A DNA stretch of 44,400 nucleotides from Methanobacteriota archaeon. Lineage in GTDB: Archaea; Thermoplasmatota; Thermoplasmata; RBG-16-68-12. This document shows positions 28,493-39,019 of the stretch, in pieces. Every line of letters starts with the position of its first letter. Positions within the stretch are counted from its first letter, which is position 1. The position numbers and the translations under genes were made by a program. The notes under the pieces are model-generated. The model was not told the DNA's origin, ran no database searches, and worked only from the letters and a program-made list of their open reading frames with translations. The DNA lies in contig VBML01000020.1 of the NCBI GenBank assembly GCA_005878915.1, positions 1-44,400 on the forward strand, read 5' to 3'.

Positions 28493-29473
28493 TTAGGCCC
28501 TGGCAACTGTGAGGACGACCTTTCCGCGAGCATGTTCCTCCTGGACATACCGCATCGCCTCGGCCGCCTCGCCCAGCGGGTACGTTCCGTCAATGACCGG
28601 CCTGATCTTCCCAGTCTCAAGGAACTCCCTCAGGATGTTCAGGTCCTTCTTGTCCCTCTTTGCGATGAACGTCCGCACCCGATGGCGAAGGAATGGTCCC
28701 ACGACGGCTACCTTGATAAACGGAAGGACCGAGTGTTCCTTGCGGCCGGATTGCCCGGTCAGCACGAGAATTCCGTCCCGGGTTAGTGCCCGCCGGCACT
28801 CCGACCATGGATGGTTCCCGGCGACGTCGAGGATCAAGTCGTAGCGATGTCCGCTCGCTGTGAAATCTTCTTGGGTGTAATCAATGACCTTGTCGGCGCC
28901 GATCGATCGGACCATGTCGAGGTTCCTGGTCCTGCAAACGCCCGTCACGTGCGCTCCGAGCGCCTTCGCGATCTGCACCCCGAACGTCCCCACGCCCCCC
29001 GATGCGCCGTTGATCAGCACCTCCCGCCCGGGCCGGATCTCTCCTTTGTCACGAAGACCCTGGAGGGCAGTGATTGCCGCCACAGGTACCGCGGCAGCTT
29101 GCTCGAACGTCACGTTGGCCGGCTTCGGGACGAGACCGACGTCCTTCACAGCGACGTACTCGGCAAACGTCCGTATGCTCATCCCGAAGACCTCATCGCC
29201 TGGGTGAAACTCGGTGACGTTCTTGCCGACGGCTTCAACGCGCCCTGCCAAGTCTCCTCCCGGAACACTACTCTTGAGTTTGGGTTTCAACAGACCGTAC
29301 CCCATCATGCGGATGATGTACGGCCGTCCCCTCATGAAGTGCCAGTCGCCCAGATTGATCGAGGCCGCGCGAACGCGAACGAGCACCTGGTCGTCCTTGA
29401 TGACCGGCTTCTCAATTTCTCGGAGCTGGAGGACATCAGGTCCGCCGTACTTGTACCGGACAATGGCTTTCAT
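28493..29473 (-). CDS. NAD(P)-dependent MDR oxidoreductase (quinone oxidoreductase-like, no zinc ligands)
   Basis: 'MKAIV..KYGGPDVL', 'VLINGASGGVGTFGVQIAK', 'GADKVIDY', 'HARGKVVL'. Confidence 0.92.
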   Translation of the reverse strand: MKAIVRYKYGGPDVLQLREIEKPVIKDDQVLVRVRAASINLGDWHFMRGRPYIIRMMGYGLLKPKLKSSVPGGDLAGRVEAVGKNVTEFHPGDEVFGMSIRTFAEYVAVKDVGLVPKPANVTFEQAAAVPVAAITALQGLRDKGEIRPGREVLINGASGGVGTFGVQIAKALGAHVTGVCRTRNLDMVRSIGADKVIDYTQEDFTASGHRYDLILDVAGNHPWSECRRALTRDGILVLTGQSGRKEHSVLPFIKVAVVGPFLRHRVRTFIAKRDKKDLNILREFLETGKIRPVIDGTYPLGEAAEAMRYVQEEHARGKVVLTVARA

Positions 29474-29577
29474 TGGATTCTCCTCCCCAGCGGTTGCATC
29501 GAAACGGGCTACTTAGCCCTTGACCCGCCCGAAATCGATGGACTTGATGCACCCGCAGATGGCATGGGCCCTCCCTC

Positions 29578-31545
29578 TCAGGCCGAGGGACGGTCGCCCT
29601 CGACCTCCTTGAGCCACCGGCGGACCTCTTCCACCGCACCCGCATCCTCGAGGGTCGTCGTGTCCCCGATATCCTGCCCCGAAACGAGGGCGCGGATGAC
29701 GCGCCGCATGATCTTCCCGCTCCGGGTCTTCGGGACCTTGTCCGTGACGAAGATATCGTCCGGGACCGCGATGGCACCGATGGCGGCTCGAACATGTCTC
29801 TGGAGCTCCTTTGACAATTCGCTGGAGCGCGCCACCCCGGTCTTCAGGACCACGTAGGCCACAAGGGCCTGGCCCTTGATCGGATGCGGCTTCCCGACGA
29901 CGGCGGCCTCGGCGACCTTCGGGTGGCTCACGAGCGCGGACTCCACCTCCATCGTGCCGATTCGGTGGCCCGCGACATTGATCACGTCGTCGATGCGCCC
30001 CATCAACCAGAAGTAGCCGTCCTCGTCTGTCCGGGCACCGTCTCCCGTGAAGTACGTGCCCGGGACCTTCGACCAGTAGACCTCGTTGTACCGGCCCGGG
30101 TCCTTGAAGATCGTCTGGAGCATCGCGGGCCATGGCTTCGTGATCACGAGGTACCCGCCCTTGTTGACAGGGACGGGGCGGCCGTGCTCGTCCACGACCT
30201 CCGCGCTGACGCCGGGGAATGTCCGGGTCGCGGATCCGGGTTTCGTCATCGTCGACCCGGGAAGGGGCGTGATCAGAATCATCCCCGTCTCCGTCTGCCA
30301 CCACGTATCGACAATGGGGCATCGTCCTCCGCCGATCGTGCGGTGGTACCACCGCCATGCCTCCGGGTTGATCGGCTCGCCCACGGTGCCGAGGAGGCGA
30401 AGGCTCGAGAGGTCGTGGCGCTTCGGGAATTCCTCCCCCGACCGCATGAAGGCGCGGATTGCCGTTGGAGCCGTGTACAGGATCGTGATCTGGTTCTCCT
30501 CGATCATGGACCACCATCGATCCGGCTGCGGCCAGTCAGGCGCGCCCTCGTACATGAAGACGCTCGCGCCGTTTGCAAGGGGGCCGTACACAAGGTACGA
30601 GTGCCCGGTCACCCAGCCGATGTCCGCGGTGCACCAGAAGAGGTCGTCGTCTTTCAAGTCGAAGATATAGCGGGACGTCGTTGCGACGCCAACGAGGTAA
30701 CCGCCCGTGGAGTGCTGGATTCCTTTCGGCCTCCCCGTCGTCCCCGATGTGTACAGGATGAAGAGCGGGTCCGTTGCGAGCATGGGCTCGGGGTCGCAGG
30801 TGCGGTCTGCCACCGCGGCGAGCTCGTGCCACCACCGGTCGCGGCCAGGGTACATCGGGACATCGATCCCCGCGCGACGGTACACGATGACGTGCTGGAC
30901 GATCTCGGACCCGGAGAGGGCCTCGTCCACGGTCTGCTTGAGCGGGATCAGGTTGCCTCGGCGGATGCCTGCATCTGCCGTCACAAGGACATGAGAGTCG
31001 GCGTCCTCGACTCGGTCCTTAATGGATTGAGCGCTAAAGCCGCCGAAGATCACGCTGTGGATCGCGCCGATTCGTGAACAGGCAAGCATCGCGATGGGAA
31101 GCTCCGGCACCATGGGCATGTAGATTGTCACGCGGTCTCCCCGCCTCACTCCGAGGCCCTTCAGGACGTTCGCGAACCGATTCACCTCGCGCCAGAGCTG
31201 GTGATACGTCAGAGACCGTCGCTCCCCGGGCTCCCCCTCCCACTGGATTGCGACCTTGTTTCGTCGGGGCGAGCGGAGGTGCCTGTCTAGGCAGTTCTCG
31301 GAGACGTTCAGCCTGCCACCGACGAACCATTTCGCGAAGGGCAGGTTCCACTCGAGGACCTTGTCCCAGTGCTTGATCCAGTGGAGCTTCTCGGCCTCCG
31401 CCGCCCAAAAGCCTTCGGGGTCGCGCTCTGCGCCCTCCCAGAGGCGGTCATCGCGGACGAGAGCGTGCTCCCGAAACACATCGGGAACGGGGTACTGCTC
31501 CCGCTCACGCAACAGGTTGTCGATCGTCGCGCTGGAGACGACCAA
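29578..31545 (-). CDS. acs: Acetyl-CoA synthetase (AMP-forming)
   Basis: '[11 protein letters not shown]', '[14 protein letters not shown]', 'DTWWQTETG', '[11 protein letters not shown]'; AGGTGA SD before TTG. Confidence 0.96.
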   Translation of the reverse strand: MVVSSATIDNLLREREQYPVPDVFREHALVRDDRLWEGAERDPEGFWAAEAEKLHWIKHWDKVLEWNLPFAKWFVGGRLNVSENCLDRHLRSPRRNKVAIQWEGEPGERRSLTYHQLWREVNRFANVLKGLGVRRGDRVTIYMPMVPELPIAMLACSRIGAIHSVIFGGFSAQSIKDRVEDADSHVLVTADAGIRRGNLIPLKQTVDEALSGSEIVQHVIVYRRAGIDVPMYPGRDRWWHELAAVADRTCDPEPMLATDPLFILYTSGTTGRPKGIQHSTGGYLVGVATTSRYIFDLKDDDLFWCTADIGWVTGHSYLVYGPLANGASVFMYEGAPDWPQPDRWWSMIEENQITILYTAPTAIRAFMRSGEEFPKRHDLSSLRLLGTVGEPINPEAWRWYHRTIGGGRCPIVDTWWQTETGMILITPLPGSTMTKPGSATRTFPGVSAEVVDEHGRPVPVNKGGYLVITKPWPAMLQTIFKDPGRYNEVYWSKVPGTYFTGDGARTDEDGYFWLMGRIDDVINVAGHRIGTMEVESALVSHPKVAEAAVVGKPHPIKGQALVAYVVLKTGVARSSELSKELQRHVRAAIGAIAVPDDIFVTDKVPKTRSGKIMRRVIRALVSGQDIGDTTTLEDAGAVEEVRRWLKEVEGDRPSA

Positions 31546-31710
31546 GGGATCACCTTACACGAGAACTCGGGGCCCGCCGTGGATCCGCCGAATCCGGCCC
31601 GCGAAGGGCGGCGGTGATATTTAGGATGGCGCCGGGCGCTGCCGCCGGACGATTGAGCTTAGGTTTATATCGCGCGGGCCGGTTGTAAATGGGCCAAGGT
31701 GCGTAGACCG

Positions 31711-32040
31711 ATGGTGCAAGAAACTCCCATCCATATCACCGACACGGACTTCGACAGAGTCATGAAGGAGAACCCATACGTCATCGTCGATTTTTGGGCG
31801 GAGTGGTGCCGGCCATGCCACGCTATCGCTCCGATGATCGATGAGTTCGCCAAGAAATATGCGGGCAAGGTCGTCTTCGCGAAGATCAACAGCGATGAGA
31901 ACCAGGTGAAGTTCCAGGAGTACGGCGTCATGGGCATCCCCACCCTGTTGTTCTTCCGGGGCGGGAAGCTCGTGGACCAGGTCATCGGCGCGATGCCGAA
32001 GGGCCCCTTTGAACAACGGCTCCTCAAGCACCTCGCGTGA
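31711..32040 (+). CDS. trxA: Thioredoxin
   Basis: 'VDFWAEWCRPC', 'GIPTLLFF.GGK.VD..IGA'; GGTTTATAT promoter at ~31662-31670. Confidence 0.95.
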   Translation: MVQETPIHITDTDFDRVMKENPYVIVDFWAEWCRPCHAIAPMIDEFAKKYAGKVVFAKINSDENQVKFQEYGVMGIPTLLFFRGGKLVDQVIGAMPKGPFEQRLLKHLA

Positions 32041-32089
32041 TAACCGCGACCGTCAGATACAAGTACGCAAGGCTGGATGCGGTACGAGC

Positions 32090-32248
32090 ATGGAGACGAT
32101 GATGGAACGGCTTGCCCGCAAGAAGGCGGGTCCGCAGCTTTCAGAGATCACGATTCTCCCCGTCTTGAAGAAGGAACACGAGCACAAAGGGGAAGGGGCC
32201 GACGGCTGCGGCTGCGGCGAGGAAGAAGGCGGCTGCTGCGGCGGCTAA
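32090..32248 (+). CDS. 52-aa Cys/His/Gly-rich micro-protein, putative metal-binding peptide
   Basis: METMMERLARKKAGPQLSEITILPVLKKEHEHKGEGADGCGCGEEEGGCCGG*. Confidence 0.7.
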   Translation: METMMERLARKKAGPQLSEITILPVLKKEHEHKGEGADGCGCGEEEGGCCGG

Positions 32249-32345
32249 CTCGTGCAATTTTGTACTTGAGAATCATGGGTCATAATCAGGGAACGACCCT
32301 CTTATAGTCTCACGCCCGCTAGATTCTTACCCGAGGAGGCGTCTG

Positions 32346-32711
32346 ATGGATCCCCTGGAAGCGTCGAGACTTGTAACAGACGAGTACTCGGCGAAGATCC
32401 TCGTCGCCACGTTCAAAAAGCCCCGGTCGGCCATCGACCTGAGCCGCGAATACGGGATCCCGATCGCTGCCTGCTACCGTCGGATCCACGCGCTCGAGAA
32501 GGCGGGCCTCGTCCGGTGCACGGAGCGCGCCCTGACCCAGAAGGGGAAGCGGATCTCCCTCTACATGTCCCAGCTCAAGAACGCGTACATCTTCTTCGAG
32601 AACGGAAGGCTGCGCGTTCGGTTCCAGCTCGCGACCGGTGTGACACGCGACTTCGGCGGGGATTGGAAGGCCGTCGAGGTCGAGGAGCCGCCTCACCAAG
32701 AATACCTATAA
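32346..32711 (+). CDS. Winged-helix transcriptional regulator
   Basis: 'DEYSAKILVAT..KPRSAIDLS...GIPIAACYRRI..LE.AGLV...TQKGKR..LY'; GAGGAGG SD; CTTATA box upstream. Confidence 0.88.
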   Translation: MDPLEASRLVTDEYSAKILVATFKKPRSAIDLSREYGIPIAACYRRIHALEKAGLVRCTERALTQKGKRISLYMSQLKNAYIFFENGRLRVRFQLATGVTRDFGGDWKAVEVEEPPHQEYL

Positions 32712-32836
32712 CCCCTCCTCCACAACCCACAGGCAGGTCGAGATCCCCTCGACTTGCCTACTTTATTTCCCTCTAACCCCTCCTCAAACCCCCAGGGCCT
32801 CGGGCTCCCCGCCCGTGGCCCATCTATTCTTTCCCC
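32709..32836 (+). repeat. Two tandem units of [TAACCCCTCCTC..AACCC.CA]-hairpin-pyrimidine tail; candidate structured RNA or tandem terminator
   Basis: TAACCCCTCCTC at 32709 and 32774; stems 32731-32759 and 32795-32821 with loops ATCCC and TCCCC. Confidence 0.65.
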
Positions 32837-32876
32837 ATGGCACCGCGGGACGTATTCTCAGCCGGCAGACGGTTGA

Positions 32877-34582
<1,706 letters not shown>

Positions 34583-34730
34583 GTCGCCACGTAGCAGGAT
34601 TCCGCTCCTCGGATCCGTTCAATCTCTGCGACACCGACGCACAACCCGGCAGCATTGTCCAGCCCCCAGGGGAGCGACCGAAGATTTCATATCGCGGTTG
34701 CCGGATACGCGGTCAAGGGATGGCGATTGC

Positions 34731-35015
34731 ATGCTTGAGGAGATTTCTGAGATTATTGGCCTCCAGGTCTACACGAACACCGGCGTGTTCCTCGGCAACG
34801 TGAACAACCTCGTCGTCGATGTGGAGAACGGAGCGGTCGATGGGCTGTTCGTCGGGGAGACGAACCCCCTCCTCGTCGAGGGCGGTCGCGCGGTATCGGT
34901 GCCGTACCGGTGGATCCAGAGCGTCGGGGACATCGTGATCCTCAGGTATTTCCCGAAGCGGGTTTCCTTGAAGAAAGGGGCTCCGCCGATGCCTGCCCCC
35001 ATGCCGGAGAAGTAG
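34731..35015 (+). CDS. PRC-barrel protein, CdpB1-like
   Basis: 'EISEIIGLQVYTNTGVFLGNV.NLVVD', 'VPYRWIQSVGDIVIL'. Confidence 0.88.
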   Translation: MLEEISEIIGLQVYTNTGVFLGNVNNLVVDVENGAVDGLFVGETNPLLVEGGRAVSVPYRWIQSVGDIVILRYFPKRVSLKKGAPPMPAPMPEK

Positions 35016-35054
35016 GTCCGCACGCTTTTATTCCGGCAGGCATTGTCCCGCCCG

Positions 35055-35486
35055 ATGCCGCGGGCGCGGGCCCCGGAGGCTGCGCGATTGGGGGCGGCCC
35101 TGGAGATTTTGGACATCCGACAGGTGAGACCCCACGAGCGCACCCGCGAGGACCTCCTCGAGCAGCTGCTGGCGGAGATTTCCCGGGACGGGGAATTGCG
35201 ACTGCCTGTCCTCGTTGAGCGCGAGCATCACGTGATCCTCGATGGCCACCACCGCTACGAGGCCCTCCGCCGCCTCGGGTGCCGAAGGATCCCCGCCTAC
35301 GTCGTCGACTACGCCTCCGAGGAGATCGGGCTGACGACATGGCCCGGAGCGATCGTCGCGACCGTCACGAAGGCGGAGGTCGTCGCCCATGGTCTCGCGG
35401 GGAACCTGTTCCCGCCGAAGACGACCCGCCATCTGCTGAAGGTGAAGCTCGAGGAGTCGCCCGTCCGGCTCACGGACCTGATGTAG
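35055..35486 (+). CDS. Stand-alone ParB/Sulfiredoxin-domain protein (SerK/SbnI-like motifs)
   Basis: 'RPHE', 'PVLV....VILDGHHRYEAL..LG', 'W', 'FPPKTTRH'. Confidence 0.85.
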   Translation: MPRARAPEAARLGAALEILDIRQVRPHERTREDLLEQLLAEISRDGELRLPVLVEREHHVILDGHHRYEALRRLGCRRIPAYVVDYASEEIGLTTWPGAIVATVTKAEVVAHGLAGNLFPPKTTRHLLKVKLEESPVRLTDLM

Positions 35487-36438
35487 GCGGCTCGCGCAGG
35501 CTCGGCGGGGTGTACTCCCGCTCGCGCCTCCGCCGCCTTGCGACGAACCACGCGAGCAGAATGGCGGCGGCAACTCCGACCCCGACGCCCGCGAACACGA
35601 GGTAGGCACCGAGCGGGTTTGAGGATGGCGCTGCAGCCCTGTACGCGTACGAGACGAGTTCCGTTCGAGACACCTCGGCTCCGGACGCGTTGTACGTGGT
35701 CGTCCGCGCGTTGTTCCCGACCTGCGGAGCGAACTCGAACTCCTCCCGGCTGCCGTCCGGCCAGGATTCCCGGATCGTGTACGTGTCGAACGTGCCGAGC
35801 GGAACGGTGACGCGGGAGATCGCCGGGAGGGAGGCGGTGAACGTGACCTCGGCCTCCACGCTGCTCGTGAAGTTCAGCGGAGGGTTCGAGTCGAGCTGAA
35901 GGAAGACATCCTCCGATAGCGAGGAGTTCAGGGTGACGGTTCCCGTGAACCCGACGGGCACGGGGTAGACCCAATCGTCCCTCGCAACACGGCTTGACGT
36001 TGAGTTGATCCACACGAGAGTGAAGGGGACGTTGAGGATCATCGCCTGACCCGACGCGGTGATGTCGATCAGGCTCTTCACGACCTTGCGCGACGTCGTG
36101 GAGAACAGCTGCTCGCCCGTGAGGTTCCACAGGCCCGAGACCGGGACGGATGCGTTGAAGCGGGAGAACGCGCCCTCGAGGCTTCCCGCGCCCGCGGTCG
36201 GGACCACGTACACGTCCTGCGGGACGCCCCGGATTGTCCGGTTTGCGACACTCAGGATGTCCGCGCGCACGGTCCCGTTGAGGAACACCGTGTTCTCGAA
36301 CGTGGAGTTGAATCGGTACTCCCAGTAGTCCCCGGGCGACCACGCCGGGGCCTCCATCGCGGTCGGGAGCGGCGCCCGAGCGCCGCCCGCGGCGATTAGG
36401 GTGCAGGCGATTGCGACGAGCGCGACGAACGGACGCAT
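35470..36438 (-). CDS. Secreted/surface beta-rich protein with C-terminal TM anchor
   Basis: Signal peptide MRPFVALVAIACTLIAAGG, 'APAWSPGDYWEY', 'VTVPLGTFDTY', 'FAPQVGN', TM followed by RRRRRER. Confidence 0.8.
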   Translation of the reverse strand: MRPFVALVAIACTLIAAGGARAPLPTAMEAPAWSPGDYWEYRFNSTFENTVFLNGTVRADILSVANRTIRGVPQDVYVVPTAGAGSLEGAFSRFNASVPVSGLWNLTGEQLFSTTSRKVVKSLIDITASGQAMILNVPFTLVWINSTSSRVARDDWVYPVPVGFTGTVTLNSSLSEDVFLQLDSNPPLNFTSSVEAEVTFTASLPAISRVTVPLGTFDTYTIRESWPDGSREEFEFAPQVGNNARTTTYNASGAEVSRTELVSYAYRAAAPSSNPLGAYLVFAGVGVGVAAAILLAWFVARRRRREREYTPPSLREPPTSGP

Positions 36439-36494
36439 TGCTCGATGGATTCGCGGGCGCGAGATAAGGATTCGCCGCCGCTTCGGCCGCGGGC

Positions 36495-37052
36495 TCACTT
36501 CGAGGTCTCGACGACCTTTCCGTGCGCCATTGGGACGACCCGAATCCTGCCGTCGAAGGACCGCCGAAGCCCTCGCCCTTTGAGGTAGCGGTCGAGGAAT
36601 ACGGCGAGGGCGGCCACCTCGGAGTGGGGTTGGTTCCCCACGGCGACGTTGAACGTCGCGAGGTCGTACATTGCCCGCGGGACCTTCTCGGCCCCGACGA
36701 CGATCAGGAGATCCCGCCCGGTCGGGATACGGGGCAGGACGTCGTCGATGGCCTCGCCGTACATCGTGAGGTGGACGATGGTCCCCCGCCACGACCTCAC
36801 CACCTCCTGCCAGCGAACCCCCGTCCGGACCTGGAACGGCCCCCCGAACTTCTCCACAAGCGCTCGAAGTGTGGCCTCGAGTCGCACATCCTTCATCGAG
36901 ACGAAAATGGCCCCCCCTCCGAATGCCCTCGCGGTCAAGGCGACGTGGGTCGTCACCCGCTTGTCACGGGCGGGCCGATGGCCCAATCGGAGGACCGAGA
37001 TCGTCTGCGGGCCGGCCTTGACGGTTCGTTTCCGCCGGTCCGCGGTGCGCAT
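36495..37052 (-). CDS. trm56: tRNA (cytidine(56)-2'-O)-methyltransferase
   Basis: 'VLRLGHRPARDKRVTTHVALTARAFG', 'HLTMYG', 'VGAEKVP', 'NQPHSEVAALAVFLD'. Confidence 0.96.
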   Translation of the reverse strand: MRTADRRKRTVKAGPQTISVLRLGHRPARDKRVTTHVALTARAFGGGAIFVSMKDVRLEATLRALVEKFGGPFQVRTGVRWQEVVRSWRGTIVHLTMYGEAIDDVLPRIPTGRDLLIVVGAEKVPRAMYDLATFNVAVGNQPHSEVAALAVFLDRYLKGRGLRRSFDGRIRVVPMAHGKVVETSK

Positions 37053-37055
37053 CGC

Positions 37056-37553
37056 CTATTCCTCGAACCGCATCACCCGGTGGCCCCGGAAGTCGAGTCG
37101 AGATGACCGTTTCACGAGGGCCTTAAGCATGGTCTGGGACACCTTCAGGTTCTCCGCGACATCCCCCGCGAACTTGCCATCGTCCCCGACCATGTCGAAA
37201 ATCTGTTTCTCGATCTTTGCGTAATCCTTCTCCGCCATCATCGCTGCGTACAGGACATCGGATATCTCCGTGACGGGCGCGGTTGCGTTGATGTGGAAGC
37301 TCGAGTAAAATGCGTGGTACGCCTTCTCCGGCTGCATCTGAGCCGATGTTTGCCACTTCGTCTCCACGAGCTTCATTTTCTCGAAGAACTTCAGTGCCTC
37401 GGCCCCCTCCGTCCCGAACTTCTCCTCGATCTGCTTCGCGGTCCGCCACTCGTTCGTCACCTCCCGGAAGACCTCCCGCTTGACGGGGGAGTCGACGGTG
37501 CGTAGAATCGGCACGAGCTCGGCGGGCTCGCTCACGACCTTGATTCGGTTCAT
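37056..37553 (-). CDS. Archaeal ArsR-like predicted transcriptional regulator
   Basis: 'RIKVVSEPAELVPILR', 'FFEKMKLVETKW', 'PEKAYH.FY', 'LVKRS..L..RGH'; 3 nt upstream of trm56. Confidence 0.8.
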   Translation of the reverse strand: MNRIKVVSEPAELVPILRTVDSPVKREVFREVTNEWRTAKQIEEKFGTEGAEALKFFEKMKLVETKWQTSAQMQPEKAYHAFYSSFHINATAPVTEISDVLYAAMMAEKDYAKIEKQIFDMVGDDGKFAGDVAENLKVSQTMLKALVKRSSRLDFRGHRVMRFEE

Positions 37554-37685
37554 CCCGGAACCCGCCTATATGAGGCGGGCGCGCTAAATAATTATTTGGT
37601 GGCCTGAAAGAAATTAGCACGGCTCAGCCCGGCACCGTATTCCTCCAGAGGAAATGGCCCCTCTTCCTGGGGGGTCCCGGGGACC

Positions 37686-38018
37686 TCACAGGGTGTCCGC
37701 GGCTTCCCCGACGCCCTTGCGGGCGATTTCCTCGTAGACCTCTTTGTGCTTGCGGAACTTCCAGATCTTTGCGTCGTCGAGGGCCATCAGCTTGATGACC
37801 TCTTCGACGCTCGCGTCCCAGGATTCCTCGATTTCCAGGCGTTGCTCGAGGTCTTTGACTCGGGTCACGAGATACGCGATGGCTTCGGCCTGACGGTTCA
37901 GGATCTTGCGGATTTCCTCGGTGTTCGAGTTCTCAGCATCCTTGATGTCCCGGAATTCGTTATCGATCCTCTGGAAGATGTTCTCGACGTTCTGCACGAG
38001 TGCACCCCGTCTGTCCAT
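37686..38018 (-). CDS. Hypothetical coiled-coil protein
   Basis: 110 aa, heptad-like amphipathic helices; TTTTATA box upstream on the minus strand (~38031-38037). Confidence 0.7.
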   Translation of the reverse strand: MDRRGALVQNVENIFQRIDNEFRDIKDAENSNTEEIRKILNRQAEAIAYLVTRVKDLEQRLEIEESWDASVEEVIKLMALDDAKIWKFRKHKEVYEEIARKGVGEAADTL

Positions 38019-38137
38019 CGCGGCCCGGGATATAAAACGTGAGCCTGGGGCCGGCGTCAGTCGGCTCGCGTTGGAACGAACCAGAGGATTCAGAACCCGA
38101 CGGAACGTTTATCTCGATTTCCGGGTTTCGCGCGGCG

Positions 38138-38431
38138 ATGAAGGTCAAAGACCTCCGGCCCGAGAGCAAGGTCGACACGATCTCCCTGACGATCACATCG
38201 AAGGGCGACGTCCGGGAGTTCACAAGCCGGTCGGGCTCCGTCGGCAAGGTGTGCGACTGCAAGGCGAAGGATGAGGACGGGGAAGAGGTCCAGATTACAC
38301 TGTGGAACGAGGAGATCGAGAGGGTTCGCCCGAATGATCGGGTCACGATCTCGAACGGCTGGGTACGCGAGTGGCGGGGGAACCTCCAGGTGAGCGCGGG
38401 CCGCTATGGCCGCCTCGAGGTCCTAAAGTAA
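38138..38431 (+). CDS. ssb: Single-OB-fold ssDNA-binding protein
   Basis: 'MKVKDLRP', 'VREF.SR.G..GKV', 'D..G.EVQITLWNEEI', 'NGWV.EWRG.LQVSAGRYG'. Confidence 0.88.
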   Translation: MKVKDLRPESKVDTISLTITSKGDVREFTSRSGSVGKVCDCKAKDEDGEEVQITLWNEEIERVRPNDRVTISNGWVREWRGNLQVSAGRYGRLEVLK

Positions 38432-39013
38432 CGCGAGGATCGGGTACAACAGGGGCCACAGGGCGATCAGCGGGACCATCGTCATTAGGAAATCGTCGTC
38501 GACGACGCGGATGTCCGGGTATTCTGCGAGGAGGGCGAGGGGGGTCGCAATTGCCGTGAGCGCGGCGACCTTGAGGATGGTCAGCCCACCGAATCCCCCC
38601 GTGAGGAACGCGAAAACGAGCGCGTAGGCGACGGCGGGGAGCCACGGATATCGCCCCGTCCGACGGGACCATGCGCAGAGGGGATCGATCCACGCCATCC
38701 CGCAGAACGCGGGGATCACGAGGAGCGGCGGGAAGAGGGCAAGGGCCAGCGCGAGTCCAATCGTGCCCCAGGCGAACGCGGACACGCGCCCCGCCTCATA
38801 TTTCCTGAGTCCGAACACCGGGATTCGCAAGGCGAGCCGCCCCAGGTCGACGGCGAGCACGGTCCCCGCCGATAGCAGAAGGAGAGCCTCGCGCGTCAGT
38901 CCCGTCTGCGGATTTCCGAGGTCCGGCGGTATCCAATAGTACACGAGGAACACGGGGGAGGCGAGGTGGAACAGCCTCCGGAAGAGGTGCGGAGCCGGGA
39001 CCCCCTCCGCCAC
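38423..39013 (-). CDS. Polyprenol/dolichol kinase-like membrane protein
   Basis: 'RRLFHL', 'RKYE', 'W.DP', 'LAE.....VDDDF.M' in a multi-TM protein. Confidence 0.7.
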   Translation of the reverse strand: MAEGVPAPHLFRRLFHLASPVFLVYYWIPPDLGNPQTGLTREALLLLSAGTVLAVDLGRLALRIPVFGLRKYEAGRVSAFAWGTIGLALALALFPPLLVIPAFCGMAWIDPLCAWSRRTGRYPWLPAVAYALVFAFLTGGFGGLTILKVAALTAIATPLALLAEYPDIRVVDDDFLMTMVPLIALWPLLYPILALL

Positions 39014-39019
39014 GCCACC

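Noticed and set aside
31560..31660. Structured RNA or C/D-box sRNA in the acs-trxA spacer
   Set aside because: No box C (RUGAUGA) or box D (CUGA) pair; explained by divergent promoters
32709..32836. Tandem unit as a mini CRISPR array
   Set aside because: Only two copies with a 12-nt identical core, the hairpin lies in the variable part, and there are no cas genes in the window
35055..35486. ParB-like gene as evidence of a plasmid or partition system
   Set aside because: No HTH, ParA or parS-like repeats; it is embedded among core genes
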